A program made the position numbers and the translations under genes. From Clostridia bacterium (GTDB taxonomy: Bacteria > Bacillota > Clostridia > Oscillospirales > CAG-272): DNA of 64,000 bases. Numbering within the stretch: the first letter of the stretch is position 1; each line of letters opens with the position of its first letter. The notes below the pieces were generated by a model. The model saw nothing but the letters and a program-made list of their open reading frames with translations, ran no database searches and was not told the DNA's origin. Location: the NCBI GenBank assembly GCA_017453255.1, contig JAFTKN010000006.1, positions 45,856 to 109,855 on the forward strand, in the 5' to 3' direction. This document shows positions 47,582 to 57,795 of this stretch, one piece after another.

Positions 47582-48178
47582 TTATTCGGTTTCTAAACGA
47601 TACAAATTTACAATGAAGTCGGCTGTTTTTTCAACACCTAATTCTGTGCTATTTAGCATCAAGGTATAGTTTTGTCTTTCGCCCCAGTTTTTGCCTGTGA
47701 AATACTTGTAGTTTATGCTACGTCTTTTGTCAGTTTCCTTTATAAGCTTTTCAGCTTCCTTTTCTGTTTGAGCCTTAAAATTCATAGTTCTTTTGATTTT
47801 ATCACTCATATTGGCATAAATAAAGATATCAAGAGTATCCATATCCTCAAGAATATAGTCAGCACTTCTACCAACAATTACACAAGGACCCTTTTTCGCT
47901 AAATCTCTAATAACCTTTTTCTGAATTGCAAATATTTTATCCTCAATGCTTTCTCCTGTTGAGCTTCTACCTATAAAGGAATAGGCAAAAATGCTCTTTG
48001 AAGGAGCATATTCGGACACCCTTTTAATAAAGTCATCAACAAAGCCAGATTCCTCAGCTATTTTTTCAATAATGTCCCTATCGTAGCAGGGTATTCCCAG
48101 CTTTTTGGCGACTAAAATACCAATATATTTTCCTCCACTGCCAAATTCACGGCTGATTGTAATTACCTTGTTACTCAT
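47582..48178 (-). CDS. Cytidylate-kinase-like family (AAA_28-type) P-loop protein
   Basis: 198 aa. ITISREFGSGGKYIG is the hallmark of this family. Confidence 0.7.
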   Translation of the reverse strand: MSNKVITISREFGSGGKYIGILVAKKLGIPCYDRDIIEKIAEESGFVDDFIKRVSEYAPSKSIFAYSFIGRSSTGESIEDKIFAIQKKVIRDLAKKGPCVIVGRSADYILEDMDTLDIFIYANMSDKIKRTMNFKAQTEKEAEKLIKETDKRRSINYKYFTGKNWGERQNYTLMLNSTELGVEKTADFIVNLYRLETE

Positions 48179-48358
48179 AATTGCTCCTTTCCCATCGGTT
48201 GACGATAGATTTCTTTTGTATTAATATTTTATCATACTATTTGTTAAATTGTCAATATTTTAGTGTTGATTCAATATTTTTTTGTGAAAAGTGTACAAAT
48301 TACGTTTTCGTATTGCACAAAAAAATCAAATGTGGTAGAATAAAAGAGAGGTGATGAT

Positions 48359-49363
48359 ATGAAAATTACAAGTAAAATGAGAAAAAGAGCCTTAAGCTCT
48401 ATAATTGAATATTTAACCTCAGTCGAGGATGCGACAAGAAGTGAGATTTTTGAGAATGCAATTTCCCTTTGTGGACTTAGGTGCGAGCAACTATATGACA
48501 CGTCTCCCAAGAGTAAATATAGCATACTTAAAAGCTACCTCGGAACTGCCCTAAACGACTTAATCAACAAAAAACACGTTTTACGTGACGGGGAGAGATA
48601 CAAATTAGCTCGTGAGGAATTTATCATTGTCAAGGAGGATATGGCTCACGACGAGATAAAAAGCTATTTATCAACTGGTCTTTACACGAAGGAGGATATT
48701 TTTACTCATTTAGAGCAATTTTTTGGAACCGACGCTACTCTTTCAACTCGTGACGATTACTCCCTAAGGTCTATTGCAGGCAATATCTTATTTGAGCTTA
48801 CTCAAAATGGCGAAATTGAGATAATTGACGGAAAATACACCTACTCTAAGGAGCTCGAAAAGCATACAAAATTAGACACTCCCCTGCCCGAAAAGGAATT
48901 TAAGCCTAAATTTTTCAAGGGACTTTGGTTAAGAGGTGGAAGCTTTTTTGAAAGCTTTGTTGCGAACCTTTTAGAAAAGTTCTTCTCCCTTTCTGGAAAA
49001 ATGGTGGTTTACTGTGATGTCAGTGGTGGAAGTGACGATGGTGGTATAGATGTTGTTCTTGAAATAGTCGATTACTTAGGCTTTGTTGAAAAAATCAAGG
49101 TACAAACTAAGAATAGAGATAAGGCACAGGTAAACGAGAAAGAGGTCAGAGAATTTTATGGTGCTATGAACGCACAGCGTGGCACACGTGGTATATATGT
49201 TACTACTACATATTTTCATCCATCTGCACAAGATTTAATAGACTCCCTTGATGACCTCGTGGGAATTGACGGAGATAAGCTATGGGATTTAATAAAGCGT
49301 ACTCAATACGGAATCGTTAAATCGAAGGACGGCTATAGCTTCGATACAGAAATATTTAATTGA
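48359..49363 (+). CDS. Mrr-like restriction endonuclease-domain protein (N-terminal winged-helix-like region plus C-terminal Mrr_cat PD-(D/E)xK domain)
   Basis: 334 aa. GGSDDGGIDVVLE...IKVQTKNRDKAQVNEKEVREFYGAM...GTRGIYVTTTYFHPSAQ fits the D-(D/E)xK Mrr catalytic core pattern (gDgGiD...vQaK). Confidence 0.7.
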   Translation: MKITSKMRKRALSSIIEYLTSVEDATRSEIFENAISLCGLRCEQLYDTSPKSKYSILKSYLGTALNDLINKKHVLRDGERYKLAREEFIIVKEDMAHDEIKSYLSTGLYTKEDIFTHLEQFFGTDATLSTRDDYSLRSIAGNILFELTQNGEIEIIDGKYTYSKELEKHTKLDTPLPEKEFKPKFFKGLWLRGGSFFESFVANLLEKFFSLSGKMVVYCDVSGGSDDGGIDVVLEIVDYLGFVEKIKVQTKNRDKAQVNEKEVREFYGAMNAQRGTRGIYVTTTYFHPSAQDLIDSLDDLVGIDGDKLWDLIKRTQYGIVKSKDGYSFDTEIFN

Positions 49364-49371
49364 GGTAATTT

Positions 49372-50337
49372 ATGTTTAATAGACTCGATGTTGAAGAAAT
49401 AATAAGACAAAAGGTATATGCTCGCTTTGACGGTTCACCTTATCTATATTTATATGATGCAGAGGATTTTCCTGCCCTAAACAAAAAGGGCTTCAGCTTT
49501 GAATCCTCTTTAGGTCATAGCATGCAAGCATATTTCTATTACTATGATAAGCCTATTGAAAATAGACTAATAATTTTCGAGCATGGTCTTTGGGGCTGTC
49601 ATCGCTCATATTTAAAGGAAATTGAAATGCTTTGCAAAAGAGGATATTTAGTTCTTGCACAGGACCATACAGGTTGTATGGAATCTGGTGGCAAGGATAC
49701 AAACGGCTTTGCAGAGTCCTTGCGTGACCTTAATGATTTGCTAAACGCAATTTATGAAATAGACGAGCTGAAAAATTATGATATTTCAATAATTGGACAT
49801 AGCTGGGGTGCTTATTCAACTATGAATATCACAGCTTTACACCCAAAAATCAGACACTTGGTGCCCATTTCTGGCTTTATTTCTGTTAAAGCCATAATAA
49901 AGCAAAACTTTCGTGGAATACTTGCCCTTCTAAGAAAAAAGGTTATGAAAATTGAAAAACGCTCGAACCCAGATTTCTTTAATTATTCTGCCGAAAAGAC
50001 GTTAAAGGCGACAAGCGCTAAGGTTTTAATCGTTCATTCGGTTGATGATGCAACCGTTGAATATGATTATAGCGCAAAGAAGCTTCAAAAATCACTAAAA
50101 AAGAAAGACAATGTAGAATTTCTCATTGTGAAAAACAAGGGGCATAATCCAAATTATACAGAAAATGCAGTTAAGCTTAAAAGAGCTATGCAAGCTGAAA
50201 TCAAGGAGCATATGCTTGATGGAAAGCTTGAGGACGAGGAATTTTGCAAGGAATTTTTAGCAAAGCATGATTGGGATAAAATCACCGAGCAGGATATAGA
50301 GGTTTGGAATAAAATATTTGAGTTTTTAGAGAAATAG
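49372..50337 (+). CDS. Alpha/beta-fold serine hydrolase
   Basis: 321 aa. Nucleophile elbow IIGHSWGAY, late VDD and KGHNP (candidate Asp/His). Starts 8 nt after the Mrr-like stop. Confidence 0.7.
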   Translation: MFNRLDVEEIIRQKVYARFDGSPYLYLYDAEDFPALNKKGFSFESSLGHSMQAYFYYYDKPIENRLIIFEHGLWGCHRSYLKEIEMLCKRGYLVLAQDHTGCMESGGKDTNGFAESLRDLNDLLNAIYEIDELKNYDISIIGHSWGAYSTMNITALHPKIRHLVPISGFISVKAIIKQNFRGILALLRKKVMKIEKRSNPDFFNYSAEKTLKATSAKVLIVHSVDDATVEYDYSAKKLQKSLKKKDNVEFLIVKNKGHNPNYTENAVKLKRAMQAEIKEHMLDGKLEDEEFCKEFLAKHDWDKITEQDIEVWNKIFEFLEK

Positions 50338-50394
50338 CTACTACTTAGCCTTGGTGCAGTCCCCTGCCTTTCAAGGAAGATTTACCAAAATAAT

Positions 50395-50425
50395 AAAAAA
50401 GTGCGACACGTGTCGCACTTTTTTT
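50395..50425. terminator. Bidirectional intrinsic terminator
   Basis: Perfect 18-bp palindrome GTGCGACACGTGTCGCAC flanked by A6 and T7. Confidence 0.7.
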
Positions 50426-50438
50426 GATTTTATTTGTT

Positions 50439-51422
50439 TTATAATAGATTTTTTCTTAATTCGCTTGCAGAGAGAGGACTTAGATATGCTGGTGGAATAT
50501 CAAAAACAGTTTTACAGCCTTTTTGTCCCTCCTTGTTCAAACGATATGCACTTCTTGCATATGCAACGATTACAGATGCTGTAAACTCTGGGTTAGAATC
50601 AAGGGTGAGCTTGTATTCGATTATATGCTTATTTTCCTTGTTTACACCTGTTTGTCCAGAACGAATAACTACTCCACCGTGAGGTATTCCCTTATGGTCA
50701 CGATCAAGCTCCTCCTTTGAGATAAAATTAACTGTTGTATCATAATCTGCAAAGTAGTTAGGCATTGTTTTTATTTCATTTTCAATTCGTTCCTTATCTG
50801 CTCCATCCTTTGCTACAACATAACACAAACGAGTATGCTTTTCTCTTGTAGTCAAATCAGGATTTTCTCCCTTTCTTACGCTTTCAAGAGAGCTTTCCAC
50901 AGGAATTGTATATTGCTTTGCATCTAAAACGCCCTCAATACGTCTAATTGCATCAGAGTGTCCTTGGCTAACGCCCTTACCCCAGAAGGTGTAGTCCTTA
51001 CCATATGTTAAAATGCAGTTTGCCATAAGTCTATTTAGAGAGAACATACCAGGGTCCCAGCCTACTGAAATAATACCAATTTTACCACTTTTTTCAGCCA
51101 CGTGGTCCACATTTTCAAAATGCTCAGGTATTTTTGCATGTGTATCAAAGCTATCAACAACATTGAAATATTTTACCATTTCTGGAGTTTGCTTTGGTAA
51201 ATCCGTTGCACTACCTCCACACAAAATCATAACGTCTATTTTATCAGCCATTTTTGGCGCATCCTCCACCTTATAAACAGGTGTTTCTGGATATAACGGC
51301 TTAAGTGCACTTGGCTCACGCCTTGTAAAAATAGCCACAAGCTCCATGTCGCTATTTTGCTTTACAGCACACTCTACTCCTCTGCCTAAATTACCATAGC
51401 CAAATATACCAATTCTAATCAA
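50439..51422 (-). CDS. ddh: meso-Diaminopimelate D-dehydrogenase
   Basis: IRIGIFGYGNLGRGV N-terminus and overall Ddh pattern. Start placed at TTG 51422 (AAGAGG plus 8 nt) rather than GTG 51431. Confidence 0.85.
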   Translation of the reverse strand: MIRIGIFGYGNLGRGVECAVKQNSDMELVAIFTRREPSALKPLYPETPVYKVEDAPKMADKIDVMILCGGSATDLPKQTPEMVKYFNVVDSFDTHAKIPEHFENVDHVAEKSGKIGIISVGWDPGMFSLNRLMANCILTYGKDYTFWGKGVSQGHSDAIRRIEGVLDAKQYTIPVESSLESVRKGENPDLTTREKHTRLCYVVAKDGADKERIENEIKTMPNYFADYDTTVNFISKEELDRDHKGIPHGGVVIRSGQTGVNKENKHIIEYKLTLDSNPEFTASVIVAYARSAYRLNKEGQKGCKTVFDIPPAYLSPLSASELRKNLL

Positions 51423-51521
51423 AATTATCACCTCTTTTAAATATGCTTTTATTTTAGCACACCTTACGTATCAATTCAAGATTTTTCCTAAATTTTTTCA
51501 CGTAATAATTAATATATTTAG

Positions 51522-51550
51522 TTGACTTTATATATCTTTCGTAGTATAAT
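51522..51550 (+). promoter_or_regulatory. Consensus-like sigma-A promoter of pflB
   Basis: TTGACT (51522-51527), 17-nt spacer, TATAAT (51545-51550). Confidence 0.6.
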
Positions 51551-51587
51551 ATATTCAAGACTGACATATAAAAAGGAGGTTGCTATT

Positions 51588-53816
51588 ATGAGAGAAGAAT
51601 GGTTTAGCTTTTCCGAGGGTGCTTGGGAAGATGAAATCAATGTTCGTGATTTTATTCAGAACAACTATACTCCATATTATGATGGTGGAGATTTTCTTAA
51701 GGGTCCTACACAAAGCACTATTGATTTATGGAATCAAGTTAAGGAGCTAAAGAAAAAAGAAATTGAGGCTGGCGGTGTTCTTGACATGGACACTAAGGTT
51801 GTCAGCACAATCACATCACACGATGCTGCTTATATTGATAAGGATAAGGAGCAAATTGTTGGCTTACAAACAGATAAGCCACTTAAAAGAGCGCTTCAGC
51901 CCTATGGTGGAATTAGAATGGCGCAAAAGGCATGCAAGGATAATGGTTATGAAATTGATCCTGAGGTAGTTGCGACCTATACAGATCACAGAAAGACACA
52001 CAATGCTGGCGTTTTCGACGTTTATACTCCTGAAATGAGAAAATGTCGTACTAATCACATTATAACAGGCTTACCAGATGCTTATGGCAGAGGTAGAATT
52101 ATTGGTGACTATCGTAGAGTTGCTCTCTATGGCGTTGACCGTCTTATCGAGGACAAGCAAAACGCTAAGGAAGGCTCTAAAATCACTATGTATGCTGATG
52201 TTATCCGTGATCGCGAGGAGATTGCCGAGCAGATTAGGGCCTTGACCATGCTCAAGGAATTGGCATTAAAGTATGGCTGTGATATTTCTAAGCCAGCTAA
52301 AACACTTAAGGAGGCTACTCAAGCTCTCTATTTCGCTTATCTTGCTGCTGTTAAGGAGCAAAATGGAGCTGCAATGAGTCTTGGTAGAACCTCGACCTTC
52401 CTTGATATTTATGCTGAAAGAGATTTGAAAAATGGCGTAATTACTGAGGAGGAGGCACAGGAGATCGTTGACCACTTCATTATGAAGCTTCGTCTTGTTT
52501 GCTTTGCAAGAACTCCTGAGTATAATGCACTATTTGCAGGCGACCCTACTTGGGTTACTGAGTCTGTTGGTGGTATGGGTACTGACGGACGTCCTTTGGT
52601 TACAAAGATGTCCTTTAGATATTTGAATACTTTAAACAATTTAGGTGCTGCTCCAGAGCCAAACCTTACTGTGCTTTGGTCCTCACAGCTTCCCGAGGCA
52701 TTTAAGAAATATTGTGCCTTCATTTCAATAAAGCACCACGCTATTCAGTATGAAAACGACGATTTAATGCGTCCACTACATGGTGACGATTATGCTATTG
52801 CCTGCTGTGTTTCCTCAATGAGAATCGGTAAGGAAATGCAGTTCTTTGGTGCAAGAGCAAATCTTGCTAAATGCTTGCTTTATGCAATTAATGGTGGTGT
52901 TGACGAAATGTCTGGCGATCAGGTTGGTCCTGTTTACCGTGCTGTAAGTGGTGACTACCTTGATTATGATGATGTTATGGATAAATATAAGGCTATGATG
53001 AAGTGGCTTGCGCAGGTTTATGTAAATGCACTAAATATTATCCATTATATGCATGATAAATATTCATATGAAAGACTTCAAATGGCACTTCACGACAAGC
53101 ACGTTAGACGTTGGTTTGCAACAGGTATTGCAGGTCTTAGTGTTGTAGCAGACTCACTTTCTGCTATCAAGTATGCTAAGGTTAAGGTTGTACGTGACGA
53201 GCGTGGAATTGTTAAGGATTATATAGTTGAGGGTGACTTCCCTAAGTATGGTAACGATGACGACAGAGTTGACGATATTGCTAAGGAGGTTTTACACACA
53301 TTCCTTAAATATCTAAGACAAAATCATACCTATCGTGAAGGTATTATTACCACCTCAATTTTGACTATTACCTCAAATGTTTCCTACGGAAAAAATACTG
53401 GCTCTACCCCTGATGGAAGAAAACAGGGCGAGGCATTTGCACCAGGTGCTAACCCAATGCACGGACGTGATGAAAATGGTGCAGTTGCTTCTCTTGCCTC
53501 TGTTGCTAAGCTTCCATTTATGGATTCACAGGACGGTATTTCAAATACATTTACTATCGTTCCAAGTGCACTTGGTAAAACCGACGAGGAAAGAAAGGAA
53601 AACCTTGTTGCATTGCTTGACGGATATACAACAAAGGGTGGCTTCCATCTAAATGTAAACGTATTTGATAAGGAGCTTTTACTTGATGCTCAAAAGCATC
53701 CAGAGCTTTATCCACAGCTTACAATTAGAGTTTCCGGCTATGCTGTAAACTTCATTAAGCTAACCAAGGAGCAACAGGACGAGGTTATTTCAAGAACCTT
53801 CCATTCAAGAATATGA
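51588..53816 (+). CDS. pflB: Pyruvate formate-lyase (glycyl radical enzyme)
   Basis: Start at MREEWFSF (AAGGAGG RBS). Has the active-site CCVS and the glycyl radical motif RVSGYAV. Confidence 0.93.
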   Translation: MREEWFSFSEGAWEDEINVRDFIQNNYTPYYDGGDFLKGPTQSTIDLWNQVKELKKKEIEAGGVLDMDTKVVSTITSHDAAYIDKDKEQIVGLQTDKPLKRALQPYGGIRMAQKACKDNGYEIDPEVVATYTDHRKTHNAGVFDVYTPEMRKCRTNHIITGLPDAYGRGRIIGDYRRVALYGVDRLIEDKQNAKEGSKITMYADVIRDREEIAEQIRALTMLKELALKYGCDISKPAKTLKEATQALYFAYLAAVKEQNGAAMSLGRTSTFLDIYAERDLKNGVITEEEAQEIVDHFIMKLRLVCFARTPEYNALFAGDPTWVTESVGGMGTDGRPLVTKMSFRYLNTLNNLGAAPEPNLTVLWSSQLPEAFKKYCAFISIKHHAIQYENDDLMRPLHGDDYAIACCVSSMRIGKEMQFFGARANLAKCLLYAINGGVDEMSGDQVGPVYRAVSGDYLDYDDVMDKYKAMMKWLAQVYVNALNIIHYMHDKYSYERLQMALHDKHVRRWFATGIAGLSVVADSLSAIKYAKVKVVRDERGIVKDYIVEGDFPKYGNDDDRVDDIAKEVLHTFLKYLRQNHTYREGIITTSILTITSNVSYGKNTGSTPDGRKQGEAFAPGANPMHGRDENGAVASLASVAKLPFMDSQDGISNTFTIVPSALGKTDEERKENLVALLDGYTTKGGFHLNVNVFDKELLLDAQKHPELYPQLTIRVSGYAVNFIKLTKEQQDEVISRTFHSRI

Positions 53817-54547
53817 TAGGACATATTCATTCTATAGAGAGCTTTGGAACAGTTGATGGCCCTGGAGTTAGATTTGTTGTCTTTTTCCAAGGCTGTCCTA
53901 TGAGGTGCTTATATTGTCACAACCCTGACACATGGAATTTTAATTCGGGACATGAATATACAGCTGATGAGATTATTACCAAAATGACAAGGAATTTACC
54001 CTTTTATAAAACGGGTGGAATTACTGCAACTGGTGGTGAGCCTCTTTGTCAAATTGATTTTCTTATTGAGCTTTTTTCCTTGGCTAAGGAAAGGGGAATC
54101 CACACCTGTCTTGATACGTCGGGCTGTACCTTTTCGGACGTCAACAAGGAAAAGCTTGATACTCTTTTGAAGCTTTGTGACCTAATTATGCTTGATATTA
54201 AGCATATTGACAATGACAAGCATATTAAGCTAACAGGACGTTCAAACAAAAGCATTCTTGATTTTGCAAGATATGTTAAAACGCAGGGTGTTGAATTACG
54301 CATTAGACACGTTCTTATTCCCAAAATAAATGATGATTTGGAAAGCTTAACCTCCTTAGCTGACTTTTTAAAGGAGCTTTTGCCTCTTGAAAAAATAGAG
54401 GTTCTACCCTATCATGATTTAGGCGTTTTCAAATATGAATCTCTTGGGGTTGAATATCCCTTAAAGGGCACGCCTGTTGCAAACGAAAGTGATGCAAAAA
54501 AAGCTCTTGAAATAATATTAAAGCAAATCAACAAACAGCAGGAATAA
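53813..54547 (+). CDS. pflA: Pyruvate formate-lyase activating enzyme (radical SAM)
   Basis: 244 aa. [31 protein letters not shown]. Confidence 0.93.
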   Translation: MIGHIHSIESFGTVDGPGVRFVVFFQGCPMRCLYCHNPDTWNFNSGHEYTADEIITKMTRNLPFYKTGGITATGGEPLCQIDFLIELFSLAKERGIHTCLDTSGCTFSDVNKEKLDTLLKLCDLIMLDIKHIDNDKHIKLTGRSNKSILDFARYVKTQGVELRIRHVLIPKINDDLESLTSLADFLKELLPLEKIEVLPYHDLGVFKYESLGVEYPLKGTPVANESDAKKALEIILKQINKQQE

Positions 54548-54580
54548 AAGCCTGCTGTTTTGCAAATATAGGAGAAATTT

Positions 54581-56086
54581 ATGGCAGTTTTGAAATGTAA
54601 AATGTGTGGTGCTCCACTCGAAGCAGTGGCTGGTGCCGAAATAATTGAATGTAAATATTGCTTAACTCAACAGACTATTGAGGGTGCAGTTGACCAAAGC
54701 AAGCCTATGATGTATGAAAGAGGCGAAATGCTTTTAAATGATGGCTACTTTGAAAAGGCTGAGGGCTATTTTGAAAAGGCTCTTGACTTAAACTATAAAA
54801 GCTCCGACGCTTATCTTGGACTTGAAATGGCAAGATGCAAGGTTAAAACCATAGAGGACTTAGCAAAGCATTATGCAAAATCAAATAAGGAAGAAAGCCC
54901 AGAGCTTCGTCACGCTAAGGAATTTGCTAAGGATAAGAGTTGGGTTGAGATTTTCGAAAGCACTTTAAATATGGAAACCGAAATTGTTCAAGCTAACCTT
55001 AATGACATTGATAATAGGCTATCTGTTTTTAGAAACAAGTCAAAAGCCGCAAAAAACCTCGTTGCAGTTTCTGGTGATTCTTATGCTATTATTAACATCT
55101 ACGGTGAAGTTGAGCAGTTTTATCGAAGAAAAGAGAGTATCAAATTAGACTGGAAAAATATTACTTCTATTTACCTAAGAGATGGGGTGCTATTTGGTAT
55201 TGATGAAAACGGAACAGTAAAATGTACCGACCAAGCAATACAAGAGAAAATATCATCTTGGACAGATATTGTCCAAATAACTACTGATTACCCTTTCTTA
55301 GCACTAAAAAAAGACGGAACAGTGATTGCATTCCCTTACGATAATAGTAAAATAACTTTTGATTTCTCCCATTTAAAAAATATCGTTCAAATCGAAACAT
55401 TATATGGTTGCACTATGGCTTTAACAAATGAAGGTAAGGTTATTCCGTTTGAAATAGAGCCCTCATTTGCCTCAAAAATAGCTACGTGGGAAAATATCTC
55501 AGAAATATTTCTTTCAAAAAACCTTAGTTTCGAAATAACTGTACATGCTATTACTAAATATGGCGAGTTTCTCCACGCAGGCGGCAGTACTCCTTCATTC
55601 TTTCCTAACAAAAACTGGCATGATTTTGTTTCTGGCACCAGCCAAAATGGTTGTTTCATACTCGTTAAATCCGATGGTACTACATGTGGTGCAGATTTCT
55701 ACACAACAAGACGTAATGCTAGTGCAAAAAATCTTGAAAATGTTTTAGCTGTTCTTGCTGAACAAAGCTATATTTTAGCAATACAAAACGATGGTAACGT
55801 AATTATAAAAGAACACTATGACACACAACCTTACTTGCCCACGTATGATGAAAAAATTTTTAATTGCATAGATACAATCAATGAAGATAGACAATTTGCA
55901 ATAAAAAAATTAGAAATTAAAAAAAGAAAACAAGAGGAAGAGGCTAAGCGTCAAGAAGAGCTTAAAAAGCAACAAGAATTAATTGCATCACGCAAAGCAA
56001 GTGGTGTTTGTCAGCATTGTGGTAGTAAATTTAAGGGATTATTTACTAAGGTGTGCTCCTCTTGTGGTAAGAAAAAGGATTATTAA
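54581..56086 (+). CDS. Hypothetical protein: N-terminal zinc ribbon, TPR-like segment, a repeat (possibly beta-propeller/RCC1-like) core, then a coiled coil and C-terminal zinc ribbon
   Basis: 501 aa. CKMCG...CKYC at the N-terminus and CQHCG...CSSCG at the C-terminus. Recurrent DGTV/NGTV/EGKV/DGNV motifs roughly every 40-50 aa. Confidence 0.55.
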   Translation: MAVLKCKMCGAPLEAVAGAEIIECKYCLTQQTIEGAVDQSKPMMYERGEMLLNDGYFEKAEGYFEKALDLNYKSSDAYLGLEMARCKVKTIEDLAKHYAKSNKEESPELRHAKEFAKDKSWVEIFESTLNMETEIVQANLNDIDNRLSVFRNKSKAAKNLVAVSGDSYAIINIYGEVEQFYRRKESIKLDWKNITSIYLRDGVLFGIDENGTVKCTDQAIQEKISSWTDIVQITTDYPFLALKKDGTVIAFPYDNSKITFDFSHLKNIVQIETLYGCTMALTNEGKVIPFEIEPSFASKIATWENISEIFLSKNLSFEITVHAITKYGEFLHAGGSTPSFFPNKNWHDFVSGTSQNGCFILVKSDGTTCGADFYTTRRNASAKNLENVLAVLAEQSYILAIQNDGNVIIKEHYDTQPYLPTYDEKIFNCIDTINEDRQFAIKKLEIKKRKQEEEAKRQEELKKQQELIASRKASGVCQHCGSKFKGLFTKVCSSCGKKKDY

Positions 56087-56092
56087 TAAAGA

Positions 56093-56124
56093 AACGGAAC
56101 AGCATTGGCTGTTCCGTTTTTTGT
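56093..56124 (+). terminator. Intrinsic terminator
   Basis: 11-bp stem AACGGAACAGC/GCTGTTCCGTT plus a T-run. Confidence 0.7.
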
Positions 56125-56263
56125 TTCAAAATAATTCAGGGTAGTTTAGCTTGTAGTAGAGTATTTTAAGGTCTGTTGGCAGATAGACGCAGGACAATGA
56201 CTTTGCAGGCATATACGCTATTTACAAATAGCTCTCTAATAATATTGTCTATATGTTCTTCCC

Positions 56264-57766
56264 TCAACATAGCTCTACCCTTTTTCCTTTCCTATGAATG
56301 TGCATATTATCTATTGATATTTTTACATTGGGATTATTCTCAAATAGCTTTTCTAAATTTAGTTGCTCCTCTGCGCCACCACATTCGCTTATATACAATG
56401 TTTGAAGATTTTCCATTTCGCAAATAGGTGACAAATCCTCTACCCTCTCCTTGTTAATATGAAGTGTCCTTATCGTCTCATTTCCCCTCAAAAATTCGAG
56501 AGAGTCAATACCTGTGTCATTCAAGTATAAAAGCCTTAATTCCTTAAGCTGATTTACAAAATCCAGATTAGTTGGCTTAAAGCCTGTTATCCACAAATCC
56601 TCTAATCTTTTATTCTCTTTAATGAAGGATATATCTGTAATATTGTTTGATTTTTCAAAGGTGGCACTTCTTACATTTTTTAACGTCTTAAGCTCACTAA
56701 TTTTGCTAATATCAATACCATGAAAATTGATTCTACCCTTTCTTGCCCCCTCCATTCTCCAGTCGAGCATATCTCTCTCACTTTGTGAATAGTTCTTAGC
56801 CATTTGCTTAGAAAAACGTCTTATTTGATTTCTTGCCTCCTGTGGCTCAAGAATTGTTGCCTTATCTCCATAATAAATAGCCCATCTCATCATTTGCTCA
56901 TAGCTAGCCTTTATTCTAATAACGGCTCTATTTTCCTTTTCGCCACTTACCCTAAATTTTTTTCCGAAGGTATCAATAAAGCTACCGATTAATTCATTTT
57001 CTATTGTTATTACAAAATCTATCGGCATTTGAGAAAAAAGTCCATTTGAATATATAAATTCATTTATGTCACCATTTGGTCTTTTTTTAGGCTGATTTGT
57101 CACCTTTATTAAAGTAATTTTATCAACCTGATACGCATCAAGCACTCCGCTATCGTCATTTCCTATTAAATAGTAGTGATTATTATAAATTACTAATTTT
57201 TGCGGGCTTGTCTCCACGTTTTTCACCTGATGAAGTAGTTTATCAAGTCCGTACTCATTTTGGGTGAATTTTACACGCTTGCCTTTTCCGATTGCTTCAT
57301 TTATTATTTGTATGCTTGAAAAAAGAGTGTCGTTTTCACTTTTATCAAAATAATCAAGCTCGACGGCATTTTTTGCATAGCTTTTAAAATGCTTGCTTGT
57401 TAAATTTGTGAGCTTCTCTATCAATGACCTCGAGCTTTTCTTATCAAGATATCGACTTGACAAAACGGAATCTATTAATAGATGTATCTCACTTTCTGTA
57501 AGGTCGTTTGAAAGTTGAGGATTAAAATATGCTCCCTTAGTTGTTTTAACAACACCAATTTCACTTGACTCAAGGTCGCTTAAATAATTGGAAATTGCCT
57601 TTCTCTCAAGGACTATTCCAAAATCTCTTTCGAGAATTCTTCCTATTTCCTCTTGAGTCAAAATAATTCCATCACTAATTTTTTCTGTTTTGCTTGGCCT
57701 TGTGTGCCTTTTTAAAATATGATAAATTCTTAAGCACGCCATTCTTTTAGTTTCATTAAATGCCAT
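56264..57766 (-). CDS. HTH-WYL-WCX-type transcriptional regulator fused to a C-terminal leucine-rich-repeat domain
   Basis: 500 aa. The first ~75 aa are a wHTH typical of Firmicute WYL regulators (RIYHILKRHT...LTQEEIGRILERDFGIVLERKAISNYLSDL). A WYL-like core spans aa ~160-225 (RVKFTQNEYG...SPQKLVIYNNHYYLIGNDDSG.LDAYQVDKI). WCX-like region (AVIRIKASYEQMMRWAIYYGDKATILEP). Aa ~345-485 (nt 56312-56734) are ~22-aa LRRs (NITDISFIKENKRLEDLWI, LDFVNQLKELRLLYL, IDSLEFLRGNETIRTLHI, VEDLSPICEMENLQTLYI). Confidence 0.7.
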   Translation of the reverse strand: MAFNETKRMACLRIYHILKRHTRPSKTEKISDGIILTQEEIGRILERDFGIVLERKAISNYLSDLESSEIGVVKTTKGAYFNPQLSNDLTESEIHLLIDSVLSSRYLDKKSSRSLIEKLTNLTSKHFKSYAKNAVELDYFDKSENDTLFSSIQIINEAIGKGKRVKFTQNEYGLDKLLHQVKNVETSPQKLVIYNNHYYLIGNDDSGVLDAYQVDKITLIKVTNQPKKRPNGDINEFIYSNGLFSQMPIDFVITIENELIGSFIDTFGKKFRVSGEKENRAVIRIKASYEQMMRWAIYYGDKATILEPQEARNQIRRFSKQMAKNYSQSERDMLDWRMEGARKGRINFHGIDISKISELKTLKNVRSATFEKSNNITDISFIKENKRLEDLWITGFKPTNLDFVNQLKELRLLYLNDTGIDSLEFLRGNETIRTLHINKERVEDLSPICEMENLQTLYISECGGAEEQLNLEKLFENNPNVKISIDNMHIHRKGKRVELC

Positions 57767-57795
57767 ATTCCCTCTCCTTTGCTTTTTCCCTTTTT

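Noticed and set aside
48270-48300. A single TGTACA palindrome upstream of the Mrr-like gene, as a possible third site for the WYL-LRR regulator
   Set aside because: It is only one 6-bp palindrome, not the TGTAC-N8-GTACA arrangement, and is expected by chance in AT-rich DNA.
50351-50720. Three short plus-strand ORFs after the hydrolase gene
   Set aside because: The first runs across the strong bidirectional terminator at 50395-50425. The others are antisense to ddh.
56176-56427. 83-aa plus-strand ORF
   Set aside because: It overlaps the 3' end of the WYL-LRR gene on the other strand and has no RBS or motif.
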